DNA from: Candidatus Poribacteria bacterium
GTDB taxonomy: Bacteria > Poribacteria > WGA-4E > WGA-3G
Reading direction: 5' to 3'
Assembly: GCA_963663765.2 (NCBI GenBank)
Contig: CAXXUA010000004.1
Location: 64,001 to 128,000 of the forward strand
DNA length: 64,000 nt
Shown: in pieces, positions 27,109 through 36,111 of the stretch
Position numbering within the stretch: the first letter of the stretch is position 1
How the letters are laid out: each line of letters starts with the position of its first letter
The notes under the pieces: generated by a model
Databases searched by the model: none
What the model was told of the DNA's origin: nothing
What the model saw: only the letters and a program-made list of their open reading frames with translations
Program-made: the position numbers and the translations under genes

Positions 27109-27909
27109 TTATAGATTTTGCTGCATCCATGCAAAACTTTTTTGTTGACCTGTTCCATCATTTTCTCTACCTTCATATTCACAGCACCAGACGCCATCAT
27201 AACCCGCATCACGTAGACATTGGATTGCTTTCTTGAGATCAATTTCACCTTCTCCCAATGCTTCCCCGCGATAGTTACCCCGCGAACCAGTACCATCTTT
27301 TAGATGTGTGTGTATGGTATAAGGTGCGATGATTTCGTAGAACCTACCGACTGTCTCTAAGTCGTGACCAGCCCATCGGTAGTTCATTGTGTCCATATTC
27401 GCACCGACATGTTTAGAACCCACCCGTTCAAAGAGTTCTACTTGTAAATCACCATCATTGGTGACCAATCCGTGATTGTCAACTGCCAAATAGATATCTT
27501 CCTGTTCAGCGAATTCAAGACATCGGGTTAAGCATCCTGCCATAGCTTCAACCCATCGGTTCTTGGGAACAGAATCCTTCATAGAGCCGCCTTCTGTACG
27601 CAGTACAGAAGTACCAAGTATTTTAGCTATTTTTGCGATACGTTCCATCCTTTCAACCTGTGCGGTTATAGTTTCTTCCTCTAACACCACAAAGTCGTTA
27701 CCCGCACCAAGAGCGGAAACCTGCAACCCATAGGATTCAACCTGTTTTCGTACGGCTTCAGCATTAGTTTCTGGTTCAGATGCATCTGCATTCCAGACTG
27801 TTCCTATTGCAAGTTCAACGTAACCAAATCCTGTATCACTACAAAACTTGAGAAAGTCGTCAAGTGAATTACCAGCATAGTTATAATGGATAAGACCAAG
27901 TTTAGACAT
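27109..27909 (-). CDS. Sugar phosphate isomerase/epimerase (AP endonuclease 2 TIM barrel)
   Basis: LAVDNH, D..N, HTHLKD, G.G.ID and GYDG...EYE motifs; start placed at MSKLG. Confidence 0.85.
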   Translation of the reverse strand: MSKLGLIHYNYAGNSLDDFLKFCSDTGFGYVELAIGTVWNADASEPETNAEAVRKQVESYGLQVSALGAGNDFVVLEEETITAQVERMERIAKIAKILGTSVLRTEGGSMKDSVPKNRWVEAMAGCLTRCLEFAEQEDIYLAVDNHGLVTNDGDLQVELFERVGSKHVGANMDTMNYRWAGHDLETVGRFYEIIAPYTIHTHLKDGTGSRGNYRGEALGEGEIDLKKAIQCLRDAGYDGVWCCEYEGRENDGTGQQKSFAWMQQNL

Positions 27910-28027
27910 ATTATTGTTTCCTATATTAAAAAGTTTTTGGAATTTAATGCGTGAATATGATATAATACATTTATAAAAGAGAAGAGTCAAGCAGTTTATA
28001 TCTTTTGAAAATAGATTAGGGAGAACA

Positions 28028-29164
28028 ATGGAGAAATATAATCCTCTAACTGATCCGAAATTACATGAGATCTATGAAAAAGTAATAGCGAAAGAACGTC
28101 TATCGTTTGAGGATGGGTTAGCACTTTACGAGAGTCCAGATATAAATGGTGTCGGTTTAATTGCGAATTATGTTCGTGAACGGTTAAACGGGAATGTTAC
28201 ATTCTACAATATCAATCAACATATAGATTACTCCAATGTGTGTATCCTACATGCCCGTTGTCATTTTTGTGCGTTTGCACGGAAGAACATGCAAACAGAA
28301 GGTGCTTGGGAGATGAGCGTAGATGAGTTTTTGGATAAAGCCATGTATTCTATAGAACATGGATGTACCGAAATTCATAGTGTCGGGGGATTGCACCCAA
28401 AATTACCTTTTGACTACTATTTAAAGATTATTCGGGGACTCAAAGAACGGATGCCAGAAGTCCATTTAAAGTTCTTCACTGCGGTTGAAATACATCACTT
28501 TTCGCGTATATTTAAGATGTCAATAGAGGAAGTTTTAAAACAACTCCGTGAAGTAGGTTTGGATTCATTGCCGGGAGGTGGAGCGGAGATATTTGCTGAA
28601 GAAACCCGTGAGAAGATATGTCCTGGAAAACTCAGTGCAGAAGGATGGTTAGAGATACACGATATTGCACATAGTTTGGGTATTCCTACAAACGCAACCA
28701 TGCTCTATGGTCACCTTGAAACAAACGCGGATAGAGTTGACCATCTCATCAGGTTGCGTGAACAACAGGATAAATCTGGTGGGTTTGTAACATTTATTCC
28801 TCTTGCGTTCCATCCTGCGAACACTCGGATGGCATACTTACCCTCAACCACTGGATTAACTGATTTACGAAACATTGCAGTTTCTCGTTTGCTGTTGGAC
28901 AACATACCCCACATAAAAGTATACTGGATTATGACCGGATTGAAAACTGCACAGATTGCTCTCAGTTTCGGTTCAGATGATATTGATGGTACAGTAACAG
29001 AAGAAAAGATTACCCACATGGCAGGTGCTGATACACCGGAAGCTGTATCAGTTGAAGCACTTACACGTCTGATTGAAGAAGCAGGATATGTTCCCGTTGA
29101 ACGCGACACACTTTACAATGAAATAATTCGAGAGGGTCATCAGTGGTACAGAAAAGCCGCATAA
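28028..29164 (+). CDS. mqnE: Aminofutalosine synthase (radical SAM, menaquinone futalosine pathway)
   Basis: GGLHP, PGGGAEIF, NATMLYGH.E, FIPLAFHP and NIPHIKVYW motifs; adjacent to mqnA. Confidence 0.88.
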   Translation: MEKYNPLTDPKLHEIYEKVIAKERLSFEDGLALYESPDINGVGLIANYVRERLNGNVTFYNINQHIDYSNVCILHARCHFCAFARKNMQTEGAWEMSVDEFLDKAMYSIEHGCTEIHSVGGLHPKLPFDYYLKIIRGLKERMPEVHLKFFTAVEIHHFSRIFKMSIEEVLKQLREVGLDSLPGGGAEIFAEETREKICPGKLSAEGWLEIHDIAHSLGIPTNATMLYGHLETNADRVDHLIRLREQQDKSGGFVTFIPLAFHPANTRMAYLPSTTGLTDLRNIAVSRLLLDNIPHIKVYWIMTGLKTAQIALSFGSDDIDGTVTEEKITHMAGADTPEAVSVEALTRLIEEAGYVPVERDTLYNEIIREGHQWYRKAA

Positions 29165-29958
29165 GAATTGGTGCCGTGTCATTTTTGAACACGAAACCCC
29201 TGATTTATCCGCTCATGAGTTGTGACTTTCAGTCAGAAGAAATATCCCTCAGTTTACATTTACCCAGTCAACTTGCTTCAATGTTAGAAGATAATGAATT
29301 AGAAGTGGGTTTGATTCCAATTGTTGAATACTTTCGTGCAAATGATCGCGGAGATAGTTATCGTATTCTTCCAGGTATTTCAATCGCATCGCGCGGAAGT
29401 GTCTTAAGCATTCAATTGTTTAGTCATGTGCCGGTTCATGACATACAAAAAATTGCATTAGATACAAGTTCAAGATCATCAGTTGCTCTATTGAATATCT
29501 TGCTTGTTGAGAAATATCAAATATCCCCAGTTTTTGTTTCTTGTGAACCATCGGTAAATCCTACCACTGTTGATACTGATGCGGTTTTACTCATTGGTGA
29601 TGCAGCCCTCAAGAATCTGGGAGTAACAGAATATAGTTATGATTTAGGGTATGAATGGCATGAACTCACAGGACTACCTTTCGTCTATGCGTGTTGGGTT
29701 GCAAGGGAAAAAGTGGGTCTCGGAAACATCCCAAAATTGCTTACAGATGCAAAAGATATTGGTGTTAAGCAGATACCTGAAATAGCACAAATTGAATCAG
29801 AAAAACTGGGTTTACCAGAAGGTTTATGCAAGAGGTATTTGCAAGAACATATCCACTATGACTTGGATGAAACAGCAATTGCGGGTCTTGAACGATTTTA
29901 CGAACTTGCTGTGAAAAACAAACTTATCAAACCATCTGGGAACTTGCATTTTGTGTAA
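29143..29958 (+). CDS. mqnA: Chorismate dehydratase
   Basis: IGAVSFLN.KPL, SRSS..L, LLIGDAAL and DLG..W..LTGLPFVYA.W motifs. Confidence 0.92.
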   Translation: MVQKSRIRIGAVSFLNTKPLIYPLMSCDFQSEEISLSLHLPSQLASMLEDNELEVGLIPIVEYFRANDRGDSYRILPGISIASRGSVLSIQLFSHVPVHDIQKIALDTSSRSSVALLNILLVEKYQISPVFVSCEPSVNPTTVDTDAVLLIGDAALKNLGVTEYSYDLGYEWHELTGLPFVYACWVAREKVGLGNIPKLLTDAKDIGVKQIPEIAQIESEKLGLPEGLCKRYLQEHIHYDLDETAIAGLERFYELAVKNKLIKPSGNLHFV

Positions 29959-30006
29959 TATGAACAGGTCATATAAAATTAATATTTTAAATATTGGACA
30001 AGAATA

Positions 30007-30492
30007 ATGAATTCCGCTGAAGAAACTAACAGTGCAGACGACTTTACTCAGAAGTTTTTGGATTTTTTAAAAGAATCAGGCCTCCGTTTGACACAAAAGC
30101 GGTTGGATGTGGTGAACCAAGTTTTTGTATTCCCTGGTCATTTCCAAACCGAAGACATTTTGGTGCAGATGCGTCAAAATGGATATAATGTCTCGCGTCC
30201 GACAATCTACCGCACCCTTCCATTGCTTGTTCAAAGTGGATTACTTACTGAGTTTATTGATGCGCATAAGAATACACGGTATGAGACTATTCACTCTTTG
30301 AAAGAACACGCCCACCTTATCTGCCTTCGGTGTGGACAGATAGCCGAATTCAAAGAACCTCAGATAGATGCATTGCAAAAAGCTGTATGTGAAGCCCATC
30401 AGTTCAGAGCTGTTCGCTTCAGAAACGAGATCATTGGTTATTGTACTGAATGCCAAGAGGAAATAGATAATCAGGATAATCCGGACGTATAA
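30007..30492 (+). CDS. fur: Fur-family transcriptional regulator
   Basis: GLRLT.KR, SRPTIYRTL, H.HLIC..CG and C-terminal CxxC. Confidence 0.88.
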   Translation: MNSAEETNSADDFTQKFLDFLKESGLRLTQKRLDVVNQVFVFPGHFQTEDILVQMRQNGYNVSRPTIYRTLPLLVQSGLLTEFIDAHKNTRYETIHSLKEHAHLICLRCGQIAEFKEPQIDALQKAVCEAHQFRAVRFRNEIIGYCTECQEEIDNQDNPDV

Positions 30493-30507
30493 TTTCACTC
30501 CATCCAA

Positions 30508-31338
30508 ATGAACCTAAGTTGCCTACCTGTCACTCTCTATAACGACATCTTCTCAGGAAAAAGATCTGTTGCTGATTGGATCCAATTCGGTGCTGAATTG
30601 GGATTAGATGCAGTTGATTTTAGCATCAAGTTTTTTCCCCAACGTGATACAGAAGCGGTTAAGCAGATTCGATCAATTCTTGAAAAACACAGAATACGTG
30701 CTTGTATGTTGGCGTGTTATTCTGATTTCACGCATCCAAATAAGACACAAAGGGATCAAGAGCTGTCTAATCTCAAAGTTGACATCTCCCTTGCAAAGGC
30801 ATTGGGAGCAGAGTTTGTTAGGGTGACTGCAGGGCAAAACCATCCGGGTATTGAACGTAAAAAGGGAGTTCAATGGGTAACTGATGGAATGAGACAAGCT
30901 CTTGATGTAGCAGAAGATTATGGCATCACGCTTGCTTTTGAGAATCATACTATAGGTGCACCGTGGCAATATTGGGATTTTTCTCAACAGTCAGAGATAT
31001 TTATAGAAATTCTTGATGGACTTTCCGACACACCGCTGGGTGTGTGTTTTGACACAGCAAACCCACTTGTCCTGAAGGAGGATGTGCTAAAACTATTGGA
31101 CAAAGTGATTGATCGTGTTGTAGTGTTACATGTCTTTGACCTAAGCGAGATAGGTTCATTTGAACCTGTTTGTATTGGGACGGGGGCAGCTCCAATACCT
31201 GAAGTTTTTAACCGCATGCAAATAGTGAATTTTGATGGGTGGGTTAGTATTGAAGAAGCAAGTCGTCAAGGTCGTCAAGGATTTGAGCAAGCAATTAGGT
31301 TTGTAAGACAAGCATGGATAGATGTAGCAACCGTGTGA
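30508..31338 (+). CDS. Sugar phosphate isomerase/epimerase family protein
   Basis: LAFENH, FDTAN, LHV.D, G.G and FDGWVSIE motifs. Confidence 0.85.
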   Translation: MNLSCLPVTLYNDIFSGKRSVADWIQFGAELGLDAVDFSIKFFPQRDTEAVKQIRSILEKHRIRACMLACYSDFTHPNKTQRDQELSNLKVDISLAKALGAEFVRVTAGQNHPGIERKKGVQWVTDGMRQALDVAEDYGITLAFENHTIGAPWQYWDFSQQSEIFIEILDGLSDTPLGVCFDTANPLVLKEDVLKLLDKVIDRVVVLHVFDLSEIGSFEPVCIGTGAAPIPEVFNRMQIVNFDGWVSIEEASRQGRQGFEQAIRFVRQAWIDVATV

Positions 31339-31366
31339 TTCTGTGTTTTGGTAAATAGTTGGAGTA

Positions 31367-33010
31367 TTACTGTTCTTCAGATATCTCAGCATCTCTTGCG
31401 AAGTCGCTGAGTATAGTTGGTGTAGCAGTATCAAAACCGATAAAGTCTATCATGTCAGGATCGTTTGGGTCTGCAATGGAAAAGTTGTTTGCCACCATTC
31501 CTACCACTGCACACTTTGCGTGTCTTCCCATTTTTTCTCGATACATATCCAATGCAGTTTTAGGGTGAATTTCCCCGTGCCACGTTTCGTTATCGGTGTA
31601 AATCACGAACACATCTACTTCAAGTTTGTTTTTCATTGCATATTGCATTGGTAGGGAGCAATCAGTTTTACCTTGTGGAAGACCTGATACGGCTTCAACC
31701 GCACTTGCCAACCTATCTGTAGCAGTAATAGGTACTCGTATAAAATTCTCAGAAAACCCGTAGATGTGGTAATGTGGTTCGGTACGTGCAGTAACCATCG
31801 CCATTGCTGCAGATGCGTTGCGCGGTGTAAGCCCTTGGCAACCAGCAACCATCCCAGATGCCATTGAACCTGAAACATCAAGTGCTAAGAATGTATTCTT
31901 TTGACTTGGTTCAATGTTGTCAAATGCCATATAAAAAGCGGAGTCTAATGCATCAATAATTTGTGGTACAGGTTCCCATGACAGACTTCCTCTCATCCCG
32001 CTACCGGACCGGTATGTTGTCAAAGCCATAAGAATCTGGATTGGGTGTATGCGAGATTTTTTAATTGCATCTGGGTTTAGTCTATTTAGAACTGTCTGAA
32101 TATCAGGAGCGAAAGGTTTTAGTAAACCTACCTGGGTCATTTTTCCGAGATTACGTACTGTTGCGATGACAGGCATGTTTTTTAACAACGCAGCCCAAAT
32201 TTCAACATCGTTCTTCCACTGATTCGGCACCATCTCATGTGTGAATTGATGTGTTTCAATGATTTCAAGAACTTCCGCACTCTTTTTGGCAACTTTTAGT
32301 TCTTCATAGGCTGCGAGTAGTTCTGGAAAATCGTCAGTCGCGTCGTAAATAGTTGCTATCTTTTCACTATCTTCAGTTCCGCGATGTACAATGCGTTTTC
32401 CTGTATCTATCCCTTTGATCCATCGATATAAACCATTGTTCTCTCCATAGTGGCACTTTGACAGAACATCAGCGTGACTCCACTTGTTGCGTGTCTGGTA
32501 TTTCAGTACTTGAAACGTTAACGTGTCAGTGTCTTTTGTACGGTACCATTCTCCGATTAACCTTCTGACAGAGCGACCCCATCCACGCATTCCATCAATA
32601 AACGAAACGAATGTGAAAAGGTGTGTTCCAATGCGCGCCACGTCACATAAAACTTCTTGAATTTTCTGTTTAGTTGCTTTATTCCCATGAGTGAATGCAA
32701 GAGCCAATGCATATAATGCGGGATCGTTCTTAGGGGCGCGACCTGATACTGAAATCTCACGTATTCTCTGAACAACTTGGACACCATCCTCAGCGATGCA
32801 TTTTAGGGTAGAATCTACGTTAACCTTTGTCAGATCCTGTTCTGCGGCATAATAGGATCCACCTTCGGTACCCAGAAGAAGGAACCTGTCTAAGTTTGTC
32901 CAGATAGAGACGGGATAGACGTATCCACCAGCAGAATTTTCTATCTGCTTTTTGTCTAAAGGTTGTCGTTGGTGTGGATACAAGGGAGCATATTTTCGCA
33001 AATAACTCAT
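31367..33010 (-). CDS. rsr: TROVE/vWA-domain Ro60 homologue (Rsr)
   Basis: NSAGG, RFL.LG.EGG.YY, RGWGR, KYQ.R..WSH.D, RNLGKM, DVSGSM and YTDNETW motifs; start placed at MSYLRK. Confidence 0.95.
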   Translation of the reverse strand: MSYLRKYAPLYPHQRQPLDKKQIENSAGGYVYPVSIWTNLDRFLLLGTEGGSYYAAEQDLTKVNVDSTLKCIAEDGVQVVQRIREISVSGRAPKNDPALYALALAFTHGNKATKQKIQEVLCDVARIGTHLFTFVSFIDGMRGWGRSVRRLIGEWYRTKDTDTLTFQVLKYQTRNKWSHADVLSKCHYGENNGLYRWIKGIDTGKRIVHRGTEDSEKIATIYDATDDFPELLAAYEELKVAKKSAEVLEIIETHQFTHEMVPNQWKNDVEIWAALLKNMPVIATVRNLGKMTQVGLLKPFAPDIQTVLNRLNPDAIKKSRIHPIQILMALTTYRSGSGMRGSLSWEPVPQIIDALDSAFYMAFDNIEPSQKNTFLALDVSGSMASGMVAGCQGLTPRNASAAMAMVTARTEPHYHIYGFSENFIRVPITATDRLASAVEAVSGLPQGKTDCSLPMQYAMKNKLEVDVFVIYTDNETWHGEIHPKTALDMYREKMGRHAKCAVVGMVANNFSIADPNDPDMIDFIGFDTATPTILSDFARDAEISEEQ

Positions 33011-33029
33011 GGTTTCACCAAAAATAAGG

Positions 33030-33086
33030 GACGGGCAAGGTGCGTATTGCGAAGATTCAATGGATAACGCAATACTTCGGCCCGTC
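33030..33086 (-). ncRNA. Minimal Y RNA (YrlB-like Ro-binding stem-loop)
   Basis: GACGGGC-CGAA-GTATTGCG...CGCAATAC-GCAC-CTTGCCCGTC: paired ends with a GCCGAAG motif and bulged C, immediately upstream of rsr. Confidence 0.7.
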
Positions 33087-33092
33087 AACGGA

Positions 33093-33218
33093 GACGCTGG
33101 ATAAAAATCGGAATACTAACGCTCTACCCCTGAGCTACAGTCGGTTTCGCATTACACTCCACCTTCTGGCAGGATTCGAACCTGCGACCACGTTAACGCA
33201 TTCACACGACCCAGAGTC
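33093..33218 (-). ncRNA. yrlA: YrlA-class Y RNA (tRNA mimic)
   Basis: The T-arm GCAGG-TTCGAAT-CCTGC precedes the D-arm GCTC-AGGGGTA-GAGC (permuted order). Acceptor-like stem is closed by a loop and the 5'/3' ends pair (GACTCTGG/CCAGCGTC). Next to rsr. Confidence 0.88.
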
Positions 33219-33298
33219 AATATTTTCAAGATTGAGGATTTTTACCTGTGTTCAATATTAAGAAAATCTTAGGCAAATCATTTCCAAGTAGAATATTC

Positions 33299-33328
33299 AT
33301 TATACTACAACTATTTTTATAATGTCAA
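33299..33328 (-). promoter_or_regulatory. Sigma70 promoter for the Y RNA-rsr operon
   Basis: TTGACA-18nt-TATAAT on the minus strand. Confidence 0.65.
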
Positions 33329-33346
33329 GTAAATTGTTTCAAGGGG

Positions 33347-33706
33347 CAGGGTTATTTAGTTTTAGGTATTTTTGATGATTTTTTGCTGTGACGTTAATTT
33401 TATGGGATACCATCTTGTCCGTGTCTTTAGTCCCGTAGGGACGATATGTTTATAGAAAAATGTTATCTAACTCTCTTGAGTTCCATAGGAACGGCATAGA
33501 AGAATAAACATATCGTCCCTACGGGACTAAAGAGCTGGTGAGGGTATTCGTTTTCTATAAACATATCGTCCCTACGGGACTAAAGAGCGATGTTCATGTT
33601 TCAATAATCTAAAATTGATGTATAAAGTTCGGTTAGGAAACCGAACCTTGTATTAACTTACAGTAAATCTCAATAACAGAAAACTATTAAAAACTGAATA
33701 ACCCTG
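33347..33706. mobile_element. MITE family B (CAGGG ends, ISAs1-like), copy 1, containing REP palindromes
   Basis: TIR CAGGGTTATTYAGTTTT; 9-bp duplication TTCAAGGGG/TCCAAGGGG; internal GTCCCGTAGGGAC/GTCCCTACGGGAC palindromes. Confidence 0.8.
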
Positions 33707-33762
33707 TCCAAGGGGTGTGTAAAGTTTTGGTTACTGTGTGTAGGGGTGGGATCTCCCCGCCA

Positions 33763-34433
33763 CATAGGTGTCAACTTAAGAAAAAGTCAAGTGCTAAATA
33801 CCCCATCCCGGTAGGCGTGCTTTGTAAGCGCGCCGATAAACACAGGATTGGCAACGGCGTGCTTACAAAACACGCCTGCGGGTGAGTGCGGGTGAGTGCG
33901 GGGCGCGCTTACAAAGCACGCCTGCAGGGGAGTGCGGGGGAGTGCGGGGCGCGCTTACAAAGCACGCCTGCAGGGGAGTGCGGGGGAGTGCGGGGCGCGC
34001 TTACAAAGCATACCTGCGGGTGAGTGCGCGTGAGTGCGGGGCGCGCTTACAAAGCACGCCTGCAGGGGAGTGCGCGTGAGTGCGGGGCGCGCTTACAAAG
34101 CACGCCTGCAGGGGAGTGCGGGGGAGTGCGGGGGAGTGCGGGGCGCGCTTACAAAGCACGCCTGCAGGGGAGTGCGGGGGAGTGCGGGGCGCGCTTACAA
34201 AGCACGCCTGCGGGTGAGTGCGCGTGAGTGCAGTTGAGGGGCGCGCTTACAAAGCACGCCTGCGGGTGAGTGCGGGTGAGTGCAGTTGAGGGGCGCGCTT
34301 ACAAAGCACGCCTGCGGGGTGAGTGCGGGGGAGTGCGGGGCGCGCTTACAAAGCATGTCTACCTTGAGTGAGAAAATCAGGATTTCAAGGTTTCCCTCCT
34401 ACAATAATATGAATCGCTAAGTTGACACCTATG
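33763..34433. mobile_element. MITE family D (TIR CATAGGTGTCAACTTA) carrying the tandem REP array
   Basis: 16-bp TIRs, flanked by the 18-bp direct repeat GGGTGGGATCTCCCCGCC (33744-33761 and 34434-34451). Confidence 0.75.
33811..34362. repeat. REP-derived tandem array 1 (one inverted plus 11 direct copies of GCGCGCTTACAAAGCACGCCT)
   Basis: Units of about 46-56 bp with linkers built from 10-bp GGGAGTGCGG-type subunits. Confidence 0.92.
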
Positions 34434-34451
34434 GGGTGGGATCTCCCCGCC

Positions 34452-34594
34452 CCATAGGCGTCAACTTAAGAAAAAAGTGTTAGCATTTCTCTTGTGGGAG
34501 GGGTTTTCAACCCCGATTTGAGAGGAAAAGCGCATAAATTCGGGGTTGAAAACCTCTCCCATAAGAGGTTAAAATCCTTAAATTGACGCTTATG
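34452..34594. mobile_element. MITE family D, short copy
   Basis: CATAGGCGTCAACTTAAG...CTTAAATTGACGCTTATG with an internal palindrome; homologue at 45052-45193. Confidence 0.75.
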
Positions 34595-34877
34595 AGGTGA
34601 GGTCTCCCCGGCCGAACAGAAGTTTTACGCGGGCGAGGAAACCTCGCCCCTACGATGTCCACAGTCCTTTAACGCCAAACAAGGTTGATAGAAACTGGTT
34701 GTACTTCTTTAAATACCAGGATTTCATTAAAAACTTTGCACACCCGTTCCAAGATAAATTCATTTTGATATATAGATGTAGAGTGAGTATAATATAGTGA
34801 ATATTACAATGCATAGTTATCATAGTTTTTCAAAATAGATAATTACTCTCATAAGTTGAAATAGAGAATATTCACAG

Positions 34878-35978
34878 ATGAAAAAACTGATCATAATTTT
34901 TATTTTTACCATAATCTTACTTGGAATCGGAATGTTTTTCTATACAGTTGACAAGAAGAATCCACATTCCCTGCTTGCTCGTATACCTGTATCACTACCA
35001 CATAAACATGCGACACCTGATGCGGAATTAATTGAACATACGCATACATACGATCATACCCACGCTAATCACAAATTATATGATCCAAGTTCTGTTGAGG
35101 GGTTAGAATCTAATAGCCATCCGATTCAACAAAATTGGGAACGTATTGATCTTGAAACTATTCAGGAAAAATACCAACCTTATACTATTGACCAAATGAA
35201 TAAATTGTGGACGCAGGATTATAGTAATCAAATTATTTCAGCTAAGAAAGAAAGACTTGATAAGACTTATCCAAAAAATAAATGGTTGAAACGCAATCTG
35301 GATTTGGGACAACCGATTCGTGATTATTCTGACTACCGTATGGTGTTACAACGGCGCATGTATATGGTGAACCGAAAAGCACTCTGGAACGCAGCCGGAC
35401 GTGAGGAAAAGCAGGCATTGAGAAACAGTCTACAATTACCTGATGAAATTGATACTTGGAAGGAATATGAGGATGCATTTCTAAAGTTTTGGATTGTTGC
35501 TGCTTATGAATCCCTACTTTCAGAGGAAACTGAGACAGTATATGTATATATTACTGATGGGAATAAGTTTACAAAGTTCACTGGAGCGAGATTAAAGCGT
35601 AATCAGATGCATGACTTAATGTATTACGGTATTGTTCCAGAAGGACTTCATGTTGTCTATCTTGATGAGAATGGAAATGCACTTCCCGCAAGAATAAAGC
35701 CTCGATTTTATGAATGGTATCTGAAGGAATTAGACCAAGCGTACACATTCGTTGAGAAGATCATCTCTGAACATAAAGATTTTTATATATCACAACCTGT
35801 ACAGAATTCCAAAACGAAAAATACTGAGAAAAAACTTAATCTGCATGATTCTTTTGGATTGTTGCGTGATTTACATTGGGATGAATTGCCGAAAGATTTG
35901 AAAGTATTACAGAATGCTATTAGAAAACTTGAAACTATTAAACGGCAGGGAGAAGAAAAAATGCAATTGCAACCTTAA
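34878..35978 (+). CDS. Hypothetical membrane-anchored protein with a His-rich segment
   Basis: 366-aa ORF with an N-terminal hydrophobic helix; no recognisable family. Confidence 0.7.
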   Translation: MKKLIIIFIFTIILLGIGMFFYTVDKKNPHSLLARIPVSLPHKHATPDAELIEHTHTYDHTHANHKLYDPSSVEGLESNSHPIQQNWERIDLETIQEKYQPYTIDQMNKLWTQDYSNQIISAKKERLDKTYPKNKWLKRNLDLGQPIRDYSDYRMVLQRRMYMVNRKALWNAAGREEKQALRNSLQLPDEIDTWKEYEDAFLKFWIVAAYESLLSEETETVYVYITDGNKFTKFTGARLKRNQMHDLMYYGIVPEGLHVVYLDENGNALPARIKPRFYEWYLKELDQAYTFVEKIISEHKDFYISQPVQNSKTKNTEKKLNLHDSFGLLRDLHWDELPKDLKVLQNAIRKLETIKRQGEEKMQLQP

Positions 35979-35998
35979 GGTTAGACCTACAAAAACAG

Positions 35999-36038
35999 TT
36001 GGAGTAATATGTTATTGATATCAAACATATCACTCCAA
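35999..36038. terminator. Possible bidirectional terminator hairpin between convergent genes
   Basis: TTGGAGTAATATGTT...AACATATCACTCCAA inverted repeat with one mismatch. Confidence 0.4.
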
Positions 36039-36111
36039 TGTATTGTGTTTTCAAATGCAGCAATTAGAAGAATAAATCAATTCTCTTGTGTAAAATATTG
36101 TTGAAGAATAG

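Larger units (their letters stand above)
33713..34745. mobile_element. MITE family C (GGGTGTGTAAAGTTT ends, IS256-like) with nested elements
   Basis: Ends GGGTGTGTAAAGTTTT / AAAACTTTGCACACCC; probable 8-bp duplication GTTCCAAG; homologous left part at 45001-45300. Confidence 0.65.

Noticed and set aside
33011-33088. N-terminal extension of the Ro60 ORF to 33088
   Set aside because: It overlaps the Y RNA hairpin; recognisable sequence starts at MSYLRK (33010).
33093-33218. tRNA gene or pseudo-tRNA, and ORF 33040-33261
   Set aside because: Arm order is permuted and there is no anticodon loop, which fits YrlA; the ORF is antisense to the RNAs.
33811-34362. Array 1 as a CRISPR, and the short ORFs within it
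   Set aside because: Linkers are repetitive rather than unique; the ORFs are translations of the repeat.
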